Shown: in pieces, positions 19,904 through 28,414 of the stretch
How the letters are laid out: every line of letters begins with the position of its first letter
Position numbering within the stretch: the stretch's first letter is position 1
NCBI GenBank assembly: GCA_964549115.1
Contig: CAZJTX010000001.1
Span: 56,494-120,493 of the forward strand
Reading direction: 5' to 3'
DNA from: an uncultured Muribaculaceae bacterium
GTDB lineage: Bacteria; Bacillota_I; Bacilli_A; RF39; UBA660
DNA: 64,000 nt
The notes under the pieces: generated by a model
What the model saw: only the letters and a program-made list of their open reading frames with translations
What the model was told of the DNA's origin: nothing
The model's database searches: none
Position numbers and translations under genes: made by a program

Positions 19904-21460
19904 ATGAAAAGGATTTTAATTCAAATTGAAAACAATAATATATATTTTAGATCCAAAAGAAAATTAACTAAAAATCAAGAAAATATAATGAATACTAACA
20001 TTATTTCTGGTAATGAGTTAACTTTTTCTGATGAGTATATTATCGAAAACAAAAAAATAGTTATTACCTTTATAAAAGAATTAGTTAAGGACAATAATAT
20101 AGATACCGCGATTATTTATAACAACTCTTTAGAAAGAGACTTAATAACTATTTTAAAACATATCCCTAACATTAAAAACTTAATATTAAAAGATAATGTT
20201 CCTCTTTCATTTAATATGTGTTCTGAAATTATAAAATCAAACATTAAAATGGTTAGTTGTTTTACTCTTCAAGATTTTTTGCTTGAATATTTGGATAGAA
20301 ATAACATAATAGTAGAAATCAGATGTGAACATCTTTTTGTAAGTGAATTCATGGAATTAAATATGTTAAATAAATACTCAAGTATTTATTATAAGAAAAT
20401 TCTTAATTTTAACTTTCCCCTAACTAAATCTGATATAGAAGACTTTGGGGCTTTCTTACACATTAATAAGTATCTTAAAGTTATTCACATCAACAACCCC
20501 ACTAAAGACGATTTGATTGTTTTATTAGATATTATTTTAAAACACAAAAAAACAAGTATAAAAATAGTTTTACATGATAATGTAACAGACATAGAATTAT
20601 TAGAACTTATTAAAAAACAAAATAATTTATTAAAAAAGAAAAGGATTAAAATAACAGTATCTTATAGTGACAACTATATAAAAAAGAACTTATTAAAACA
20701 AACTAATGTAACGATATTAAATATAAGTATATTGTTAATCATTACTTTAATATCTGTGAGTTTTATATATATATTTACAGATAATTATTTATCACATAAA
20801 AAAGTCGAAGGAATACAAGAAGATATTAAAGAAGTTATTAAAACAGTAGATGCAGAAACAATAATTCAAGAAATTGAAGAAAAAGAAAATTCTGTTGTAA
20901 TTAATGATTATATAGCTAGTTTAATAACTATAAATAGCGATACCGTTGGTTGGTTAAAAGTTCCTAATACAAGAATAGATTATTCGGTTGTTAAAGCTAA
21001 AAATAATGAGTTTTATCTAAGAAGAGATTTTAAAAAGAAAAAAGGAAGCATCGGATGGATCTTTATGGACGCTAGAAACAAAAGAGATATGAGTGATGAT
21101 AATACAATTATATACGGGCATAATTATTATGAAAGCACAATTATGTTTGGAACTTTAAAATATGCTTTAAATGAAAAATGGATATCAAACAAAAAGAATC
21201 TTATTATTTCATTTGATTCTTTATACGGTAATCTACAATATGAAATATTTTCAGTTTATATTGTTCCACCTGTTAACGATTATTTAAGAATTAATTATGA
21301 CAATATTTTAGATAGATTAGAATTTTTCAATATGTTAAAAGATAGAAGTATTCATAAATTTGATACAACTATAACTGGGGAAGATAAGATATTAACCTTA
21401 TCTACTTGTGAAGAAAAAGGAACTAAGAGACTTGTTGTTCATGCCAAATTAATAAAATAG
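19904..21460 (+). CDS. class B sortase fused to an N-terminal ~265 aa cytoplasmic LRR-like domain
   Basis: C-terminal domain has IIYGHN (His box), the TLSTC catalytic Cys motif and a conserved Arg (TKRLVVHAK). A TM helix spans about residues 268-290. The N-terminal domain has repeats of the LxxLxLxxN type. Confidence 0.6.
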   Translation: MKRILIQIENNNIYFRSKRKLTKNQENIMNTNIISGNELTFSDEYIIENKKIVITFIKELVKDNNIDTAIIYNNSLERDLITILKHIPNIKNLILKDNVPLSFNMCSEIIKSNIKMVSCFTLQDFLLEYLDRNNIIVEIRCEHLFVSEFMELNMLNKYSSIYYKKILNFNFPLTKSDIEDFGAFLHINKYLKVIHINNPTKDDLIVLLDIILKHKKTSIKIVLHDNVTDIELLELIKKQNNLLKKKRIKITVSYSDNYIKKNLLKQTNVTILNISILLIITLISVSFIYIFTDNYLSHKKVEGIQEDIKEVIKTVDAETIIQEIEEKENSVVINDYIASLITINSDTVGWLKVPNTRIDYSVVKAKNNEFYLRRDFKKKKGSIGWIFMDARNKRDMSDDNTIIYGHNYYESTIMFGTLKYALNEKWISNKKNLIISFDSLYGNLQYEIFSVYIVPPVNDYLRINYDNILDRLEFFNMLKDRSIHKFDTTITGEDKILTLSTCEEKGTKRLVVHAKLIK

Positions 21461-21466
21461 TTTGAA

Positions 21467-22300
21467 TTATTCATTCAAACTATTTACTATTTTTGTACCA
21501 GCCCACTCTAATTCGTTAGAGTTTTTTCTTTTAAAAGTATGTTTATATAAATATAATTTATCTTTAAATTTATTTATTACTATGTTTTTATAATCTTCAT
21601 CTAATGAAGATGTTTCAGTGTTTTCAACTATTACATTTTCATCGGTATTAAAAATAGAAGTTTTTCTTATTTGTTTTATTTTTTGAATATACATGTCATT
21701 TTCTTTTGTAATTTCTAATCCCGATAAGAATGCGGGTCTTTCATAAATATATAAACTATCCTCAGCTTCTTTATATCCTTCTATTAAACTTATCTTAGTA
21801 ACGTCTGATTCCTTTAAAAAGGCACAATATACATCGCTCTCAGTATATATACAATTACTACCTTCTTCTTGAATGTATTCAAGTTCGCTGATACCAAATG
21901 TGATATTAGAATTATAATTTACATATTCTTTAGATATAAAAACGCATTCTTTAGATTCAGTACAATGTTCTTCTTTAAATAAAAGAAATCCTTCCGGTGG
22001 AGTATCTTGGTTAACACTGTCTTTAAATATATACATTAGGTACTTGATTAAAATATTATGATTTATATTTTCTAAATTTAATTCCTCTTCTTTATATACT
22101 CCATCATCACCAGGAATATAAACTATATTTTTTATTATTTCTCGCGCCACATCAAATTCATTTGCTACGTCTACTTGCTCTGTTTTTTCTGGCACATTAC
22201 TTTCAACTAGAAATATTAAGTAAAATGTTTTAACGCCAAAAAAAGTTATAATAACTCCAAGTATTAATGTAATTATTTTTTTATGAGTTTCTTTTATCAC
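21467..22300 (-). CDS. hypothetical membrane-anchored extracellular protein
   Basis: 277 aa. Single N-terminal TM helix. Acidic Cys-containing ectodomain. Confidence 0.35.
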   Translation of the reverse strand: MIKETHKKIITLILGVIITFFGVKTFYLIFLVESNVPEKTEQVDVANEFDVAREIIKNIVYIPGDDGVYKEEELNLENINHNILIKYLMYIFKDSVNQDTPPEGFLLFKEEHCTESKECVFISKEYVNYNSNITFGISELEYIQEEGSNCIYTESDVYCAFLKESDVTKISLIEGYKEAEDSLYIYERPAFLSGLEITKENDMYIQKIKQIRKTSIFNTDENVIVENTETSSLDEDYKNIVINKFKDKLYLYKHTFKRKNSNELEWAGTKIVNSLNE

Positions 22301-22446
22301 ACTACCACAACTCCTACTATAATAATTTTAACACAAAACTAATTTATTTTCTTTAAAATTACATCTTTACTAAATATTTGTAAATCTTAGCAGTAATGAT
22401 GAATTTTACTTAAATATAATATATAATGATGATAGGTGATTTTAAG

Positions 22447-23169
22447 ATGAGATTAAAGAATAAAGTGGCGGTTATTACAGGCGGTACAAGTGGAATAGGA
22501 TTTGCTTGTGCTAAAGATTTTATAAAAGAAGGTGCAAAAGTAGTTATATCCGGATCAAGAGATCGCGGACCTGAGTTATTAAAAGAACTTGGACCTAATG
22601 CTAGGTTTGTAAAGTGTGACGTTAGTAACGAAGAAGATGTTAAAAACTTAATGAACAAAACAGTTGAAATGTTTGGCAAGTTAGATATATTAGTAGCTAA
22701 TGCTGGTATTGGAGATGCAGACCCACTTGCAGATGAACCAACTGAGACTTGGCATAAAATATTAGACATTAACTTGACCGGTGTATTTTTATCAAACAAA
22801 TATGCTATTAAAAAAATGATGGTTAACAAAAGTGGTTCCATTATTAATATGTCTTCCATATTAGGAATAGTTGGAAATCCAGTCGCTCCTGCATATTGCG
22901 CATGTAAAGCTGGAGTTATAAACCTAACCAGATCAGCTGCTCTAGCATATTCAAAAGATGGAATTAGAGTTAATGCAATATCTCCGGCGTATATTAAAAC
23001 TCCATTAATAGAGTCGATACCAGAAGAAGATTTAATTCCATTACATCCAATTGGAAGATTAGGATTTGATTACGAGGTAGCCAAGGCTGTAACCTTCCTA
23101 GCTAGCGAAGATGCATCTTTTATAACAGGTGTAACACTACCAGTTGATGGCGGATATACAGCTCAATAA
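22447..23169 (+). CDS. short-chain dehydrogenase/reductase (FabG-like)
   Basis: TGGTSGIG cofactor motif, NAG, and the YCACK catalytic Tyr-Lys. The start was taken at MRLKNKVAVITGG. GC content is visibly higher than the flanking DNA. Confidence 0.8.
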   Translation: MRLKNKVAVITGGTSGIGFACAKDFIKEGAKVVISGSRDRGPELLKELGPNARFVKCDVSNEEDVKNLMNKTVEMFGKLDILVANAGIGDADPLADEPTETWHKILDINLTGVFLSNKYAIKKMMVNKSGSIINMSSILGIVGNPVAPAYCACKAGVINLTRSAALAYSKDGIRVNAISPAYIKTPLIESIPEEDLIPLHPIGRLGFDYEVAKAVTFLASEDASFITGVTLPVDGGYTAQ

Positions 23170-23189
23170 CAAACACACGCCTTTACAAG

Positions 23190-23219
23190 CGGTTTACCAA
23201 TTCGTGTAAACCGTTTTTT
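23190..23219 (+). terminator. rho-independent terminator after SDR gene
   Basis: CGGTTTAC-CAATTCGT-GTAAACCG followed by TTTTTT. Confidence 0.65.
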
Positions 23220-23224
23220 AAATG

Positions 23225-23260
23225 CTTGTCAACTATAAGCGTTTCCTTTATAATATATTT
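23225..23260 (+). promoter_or_regulatory. sigma-A-type promoter
   Basis: TTGTCA, a 17 nt spacer, then TATAAT, upstream of the TasA-like gene at 23289. Confidence 0.4.
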
Positions 23261-23288
23261 ACAGGGTAAGTTATGTAAAGGAGTGGCT

Positions 23289-23900
23289 ATGAAAGGTAAA
23301 GGTAAGATTATTCTATTACTATTATCATTAACAATTACTATCGGCTTTATGAATAGTACCTATTCAAGATATGTTGCTGGTACTACTGGTAATGTTGAAG
23401 CTGACTTTGCTAAGTGGCAATTATTAGTAAACAATAATGATATTACTGATAATAATACTAACAGTATTAGTTTTACTCCTGTCATAGAACAAAGTGAACA
23501 TGTAAGAGATAATGTTATCGCCCCTTCTTCAAAAGGATACTTCGATATTGAAATAGACCCTACTAATGTAGATGTATCATTTAAATATAAATTAAGTTTA
23601 CAAATTGAAAATGAAGAAGTGCCAGATCTACTAATGAGTAAATACGCGGTGTTACCACTTGATTACGAAGAAGAAGACCCACTAACATTTATAAATATAA
23701 TGGATAACGAAATAGAGAACTCATTATATATGAACAACACAATAGAAAATTTCAAGTACGAAAAATTCACTATTAGAATATACTTTGAATGGTTTGACAA
23801 TGAAGAAACAGACCATACAGAAATAGGTTATTTAGCAGCTACTGAAGGTTATGAATTAGATATTAGTGCAGATATAACATTTGAACAAATATTCAATTAA
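23289..23900 (+). CDS. TasA/camelysin-like (peptidase M73 family-like) secreted protein with SipW-cognate signal
   Basis: The start at MKGKGKII is preceded by AAAGGAG. The TM helix ends NSTYSRYVAG. A beta-rich region (GYFDIEIDPTNVDVSFKYKLSL) parallels the TasA FxFxNxG segment. Confidence 0.5.
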   Translation: MKGKGKIILLLLSLTITIGFMNSTYSRYVAGTTGNVEADFAKWQLLVNNNDITDNNTNSISFTPVIEQSEHVRDNVIAPSSKGYFDIEIDPTNVDVSFKYKLSLQIENEEVPDLLMSKYAVLPLDYEEEDPLTFINIMDNEIENSLYMNNTIENFKYEKFTIRIYFEWFDNEETDHTEIGYLAATEGYELDISADITFEQIFN

Positions 23901-23902
23901 AA

Positions 23903-23920
23903 ACAACTTTTAAAAGTTGT
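23903..23920. terminator. bidirectional terminator between convergent genes
   Basis: Perfect palindrome ACAACTTTTAAAAGTTGT followed by T7. Confidence 0.55.
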
Positions 23921-23928
23921 TTTTTTAT

Positions 23929-25152
23929 TTATAAGTTTATTTTTTCTACTGTAATAACTGGTACTATATTACATGATTCTAAATTATTCTTTTTATATAT
24001 AGCAGAGGTGTTCTCATCTTCTTTTTTTATGGCAAATGTTGAGGTAGTATCATATACTGTATTAGTCCAATAACAATTATTAGAAACTAAATACTCCGGT
24101 TTGTTATTAAAAGTAAATATAGAATTGTTTAATTTAGCTTTATTTATAATAGTATTTAATCTATCTCCATAATATATGTGACCTAAGATTTCGGGGGCTA
24201 TACCCGTAGTTATTATTTGAGTATTTACAACGTCTTTAGAAACAATAGTTAATAAATCACCCACTTCTAAGCCTTTATAAGGAACAGTCCAACTTGAAGC
24301 TAATAACTGCATATTAGAAGCATAATCTGTTTGATTTGATGTAACATACTGAGTTGAAGGGTCTAACATTAAATTAACCTCTAAATCCCCTTTTTTATTA
24401 TCTCCATCTATAACTCTAGTTTTATAACAATCATTACCCACACTTGAGCAAGCTTGATTTAATACTGGGTTAAATAACACCTTTTTCCCCATCGGATAAT
24501 CAAGATCTGATGATGTTGCATCTTTTATATGTTGTTCCGCTATTACGCTAATAACTATCTTTATAGATGGTTGAATTAGGTAATTAGGATCTTGTAGTTT
24601 TTTATTGGCTTCGCTTTTTTGAAAAGCATATGCTCCATTACCCCATAAACTGTCAGCTTCATCATCATTTGAATCTAATGGCCATGAAATTGATACTGTA
24701 AATGTACCTTCATCTCCGTGTGCTAATAAGTGGTTTTTACTAAAACTCATGTTAATATGAAAAGGATAATTATGAGATATAGAGTCCTCTATATAAAGAG
24801 TATTCGGATTAATTTCATCATATTCATAATAATCTTCTTCGTTTCCTAGAATTCTAGCTGATGTTACAATATATTTTAAACTAGCATCAGAATCCCCCAT
24901 GTTTTTTATTTCCATCTTTTCACTTACTAAATCCATACCTGGGTGAATGTCCGATAAGCTAATTTCTATTTGATTAGAGATTGCCTCCCCGTCTTTAGTT
25001 AATTCTATATACCATGCCTTAACATCTATCTCTGTAGTCATTGAAGATAATCCGCTGTAAGCAAACCACGCCAAAGTAACAGCCATAAAAGATGTGACTG
25101 CTAGTGCAACTGTTACTAAATTAGCTCTTATTATTTTTAGTTTCTTATTCAT
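23929..25152 (-). CDS. TasA/camelysin-like domain protein with long C-terminal extension and SipW-cognate signal
   Basis: 407 aa. Signal/anchor ending VTLAWFAYSG. MEIKNMGDSDASLKYIV aligns with TasA FQFENNGSLAIKEV. Immediately downstream of sipW, as in tapA-sipW-tasA. Confidence 0.55.
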   Translation of the reverse strand: MNKKLKIIRANLVTVALAVTSFMAVTLAWFAYSGLSSMTTEIDVKAWYIELTKDGEAISNQIEISLSDIHPGMDLVSEKMEIKNMGDSDASLKYIVTSARILGNEEDYYEYDEINPNTLYIEDSISHNYPFHINMSFSKNHLLAHGDEGTFTVSISWPLDSNDDEADSLWGNGAYAFQKSEANKKLQDPNYLIQPSIKIVISVIAEQHIKDATSSDLDYPMGKKVLFNPVLNQACSSVGNDCYKTRVIDGDNKKGDLEVNLMLDPSTQYVTSNQTDYASNMQLLASSWTVPYKGLEVGDLLTIVSKDVVNTQIITTGIAPEILGHIYYGDRLNTIINKAKLNNSIFTFNNKPEYLVSNNCYWTNTVYDTTSTFAIKKEDENTSAIYKKNNLESCNIVPVITVEKINL

Positions 25153-25169
25153 CGGATACCTTCTTTAAA

Positions 25170-25721
25170 TTATACTGCGTTTCTCCTTTTTTCCTCTTTT
25201 GCTAACAATGACGTTAGTATTTGAGCTCCAACTATATAAAATGTCGGAATTATACAAAATAATAAAAATCCTATTTTATTACTTATTACTTTATATATAA
25301 ACGACAACACTACTGAACGATAAATTATCTTACCGTATAATTGATCTTCTGATATAATTGGGTCTTCAATTATATTGGCTAAACCTTTAGCTGAAAAATA
25401 ATATTTTCCATCTGAGGATTGCATTACGTTTGTAACTTCGTGAGTTACTACTTTTCCTTTAAAGCTACCCTCTTTACCTTGGTAACTAATCGGATCCCCA
25501 ATTTTTATTGATGAGGGCGGTACCTCTTTTGAGATTAACACATCTCCTACGTCATACTTAGGCATCATACTACCAGATATGACGGAAAACATTCGATATT
25601 TAAATATTGAAACCTGATTATTACTTATTCTTTGCAATAAAACTACTACTATAAACGCTAGTAGTAAAATAGTAACCACAACATTTAATATCTTTTTTGT
25701 TATTTTAAATGCTTTTTTCAT
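25170..25721 (-). CDS. sipW: signal peptidase I, archaeal/ER type (S26B), SipW-like
   Basis: 183 aa. N-terminal TM helix, the SGSMMP serine box, a VTHEV histidine box and a C-terminal TM helix. Good alignment to B. subtilis SipW. Confidence 0.8.
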   Translation of the reverse strand: MKKAFKITKKILNVVVTILLLAFIVVVLLQRISNNQVSIFKYRMFSVISGSMMPKYDVGDVLISKEVPPSSIKIGDPISYQGKEGSFKGKVVTHEVTNVMQSSDGKYYFSAKGLANIIEDPIISEDQLYGKIIYRSVVLSFIYKVISNKIGFLLFCIIPTFYIVGAQILTSLLAKEEKRRNAV

Positions 25722-26860
25722 TAAACGACTCCTTTTTTATTTTCTTTTAAGAACCTTTTCATTTCATCTTGGAATTGTTTTTTAATTTCTGTTTCTCCAG
25801 CAGTTCTCTTTATTTTCTCATTTTTAATTTCATCTGCAATCATTTTTATAATTTCGTCTTCACTTATATCATAACCACTATTTAGAAGAATCTCAATAAC
25901 TCTTCGTATTTGTTCCGTAATCATAACGATTCCATAATGATATAATTTTTCGTTTTGATCTCGTTTTCTACTTGAAATTGAATCTAAAACATAATAACTC
26001 ATTAAAAACGCATCGTCTAATATTCCACGCACCATTTCATTACCTGTTGTCTCTAACGATTGTTTACCTTGGGCATTTTCTTTAATCATGTCTTGATTTA
26101 ATAAAAATTGCCATAACTTACTTGCAATTTGGAAGTTGGGGTTTTTTAATATCATATTAGTTTTTCTAATTGGAGGAATAACAAATGGTACTCTTGCTTT
26201 TTCTAATGATGTAACAAATTCACTTCTTCTCCAGTTAGTTAAATAATCTTGAACAAATTTTATTCTAGATCTTATATCTTCAATTTCTTTTGCAAACTCC
26301 TCAGGGTTTTTATCTTTTGGTAATTCTCCAGAAGTAATTCTAAATTCTATATCTATTTTTTCAACATCTGTTTTAGCAGTAGATGAATATTCAAGATGTT
26401 TATGGTTTTTCATCTCAAAGTTATCTAACATTCTCTCTTTATCCAAGACAAATCTTAACATATGATCTATTAAAGTATATATAAATCTGTTTTCATATGT
26501 ATTATAAGTTTCTTCTCTTCTTTCAATTAATATCTTAGATGGTTGAACCTCCATAGTTTCTAAATCTATTTTATCGATAAAGTGAGTATTTTTAGCCAAG
26601 TTTTTAACACTTGCCACCCCTATTTTTTTGGCTTTTTCTATTGTTACTATGTCTTCTTCATTTATAAGCGCCATTCTAGGATTCTTTATAATGTTATCGA
26701 TATAAGGACAAGCAAACTCTAGTTCATCCAACCAATTTAAAGACATTGTATCACTGTCTACTTCCGACTTGTAATACATTGAAGAATCTACACTATCCAT
26801 GAATAGTGTAGCTTTTTCTTTTGCTAATTCTGTATTTTCAACATTAATCTTTTTAGCCAA
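25721..26860 (-). CDS. hypothetical cytoplasmic protein, partner of the AAA ATPase
   Basis: 379 aa. No TM helix and no recognisable catalytic motif. TAATG overlap with sipW. Follows the AAA gene by 12 nt. Confidence 0.35.
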   Translation of the reverse strand: MAKKINVENTELAKEKATLFMDSVDSSMYYKSEVDSDTMSLNWLDELEFACPYIDNIIKNPRMALINEEDIVTIEKAKKIGVASVKNLAKNTHFIDKIDLETMEVQPSKILIERREETYNTYENRFIYTLIDHMLRFVLDKERMLDNFEMKNHKHLEYSSTAKTDVEKIDIEFRITSGELPKDKNPEEFAKEIEDIRSRIKFVQDYLTNWRRSEFVTSLEKARVPFVIPPIRKTNMILKNPNFQIASKLWQFLLNQDMIKENAQGKQSLETTGNEMVRGILDDAFLMSYYVLDSISSRKRDQNEKLYHYGIVMITEQIRRVIEILLNSGYDISEDEIIKMIADEIKNEKIKRTAGETEIKKQFQDEMKRFLKENKKGVV

Positions 26861-26872
26861 GACTAATCACTC

Positions 26873-28414
26873 CTAAATTGATTTTTTCAATCTTTCCAAA
26901 TAATCTATACACTCTATCATTGCTCCATTTCCGAATTCCTTATTTAAGTATGCAATAAATGGATCAACTTCATCTCTTATTAATGTAATATTTAATTGGT
27001 CAAATTTTCTTAAAATTTTCTTTGCTATAAAGTAATCTATAGCTTCTACTTCTTCTCCCCCACAAGCAACATACACTGGAACAAATGTATTTAATTGTTT
27101 CATAATTCTGTTACCAAAAGCTATTCTAAAATGTTTAATAACATAATCATCCATTGCTCTAACTTTATCTATATTTGATTCTGAAACTTTTATTTGTTCT
27201 TCTGCTTCTTTAAATAATCCTTCTAAATAACTAGAATTAATATCCATTGCTGCCTGTTCTCTACTCTTAAATGGATCAATTCTACTATTGATATCTATCG
27301 GCATAGCTCTATCATAAACTTTATCCGTAACCATGAAGGTCGAGTCGTCGTTGTTAATTGTTCCGATATACCATAGATTTTCCGGTAGTATTAATTTACC
27401 ATTTTCTATTCTTTTAGGGTCATCTGGCCAAGCACTACTTACTACTTCAATTACCCACTCACTTCTTGATGGCATTTCATATATAGATAACATCTCCGCA
27501 AAGTAATACTCAACTCTCGCAATGTTCATCTCGTCTAATATAATTGTGTGAACATCGTCGTTAAATCCAGCTTCGTATAATTCCGCTAAAACATCTGATT
27601 CGTTAAACTTTTTCGTAAATTCGTTAAAGTATCCTAATAATTCTGTTTTATCTCTCCAAGACGGTTCAACTGATGCTATACATGCATCAACGTTAACAAA
27701 CTTACCCCAAGCATATGCTAGAGAGGTTTTACCAGTACCAGATATACCTTGTAAGATAATTAACTTACCACAAGCTAAACCCGCCATAAATGGTCTTAAA
27801 ATACTATAATCATAATACAATCTTAATTGACTAGCAGCGAATGCTCTAAAGTTGTCGGTTAATTCTTTTAAATTAAAATTATTACCATAATTTTTAACTT
27901 TATATCCTTTGTATTCTTCGTCTAATTTTGTAAGTTTAGTAAATCTAACATTAGCTAAATCTATTTCGCCTTCTTCTAATTCTTCTCCATCTTCAGTCAA
28001 CTGAACTTCTTCGTCATCAGGAGATAATCCTAGTTGCGAAACTTTCATTGCCATGATCTCATCTTTTTCTTTCATAAGTTTTTTAACTTGATGATTTAAA
28101 TCTCCGATTTCATTTAAAAGTTCTTCTTGATTATATTTTCCTCTTCCAAATTGAATGTATCTTTTAATACCCCAAAAGATTAACCAAAAAGTTAATCCTA
28201 CCATAGCAACTAAAACTAAAACAGTTAAACCCACTAATATCCATTCAACAGTTGTAAAACTTGTATTGTATGAGTTAAATACTTTTTGATAGTTCGTAAA
28301 CTTAAACATTTTAGCAAAGCCCGAACCTATTCCTTTAAATATAGTTATAACTCCATCAAAGAATATTGAGATAAACTCATAAAAGAATCTTACAAATGTG
28401 TGCATATTAATCAC
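26873..28414 (-). CDS. membrane-anchored AAA+ ATPase of the McrB/AAA_5 type
   Basis: 513 aa. One or two N-terminal TM helices followed by a coiled coil. Walker A GISGTGKTS, LDEMNIAR (DEiNRa-like) and NLWYIGTINNDDST…DRA (McrB-like). Confidence 0.55.
   Translation of the reverse strand: MINMHTFVRFFYEFISIFFDGVITIFKGIGSGFAKMFKFTNYQKVFNSYNTSFTTVEWILVGLTVLVLVAMVGLTFWLIFWGIKRYIQFGRGKYNQEELLNEIGDLNHQVKKLMKEKDEIMAMKVSQLGLSPDDEEVQLTEDGEELEEGEIDLANVRFTKLTKLDEEYKGYKVKNYGNNFNLKELTDNFRAFAASQLRLYYDYSILRPFMAGLACGKLIILQGISGTGKTSLAYAWGKFVNVDACIASVEPSWRDKTELLGYFNEFTKKFNESDVLAELYEAGFNDDVHTIILDEMNIARVEYYFAEMLSIYEMPSRSEWVIEVVSSAWPDDPKRIENGKLILPENLWYIGTINNDDSTFMVTDKVYDRAMPIDINSRIDPFKSREQAAMDINSSYLEGLFKEAEEQIKVSESNIDKVRAMDDYVIKHFRIAFGNRIMKQLNTFVPVYVACGGEEVEAIDYFIAKKILRKFDQLNITLIRDEVDPFIAYLNKEFGNGAMIECIDYLERLKKSI

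Noticed and set aside
22410-22859. 149 aa minus-strand ORF
   Set aside because: It is antisense to the SDR gene, which has an unambiguous TGGTSGIG / YxxxK signature.
25721-28414. Interpretation as a classical McrBC type IV restriction system
   Set aside because: The AAA protein carries N-terminal TM helices instead of a DNA-binding domain. I cannot see a PD-(D/E)xK nuclease motif in the partner. Both are translationally coupled to sipW. I kept this as an open alternative in the findings rather than a feature call.
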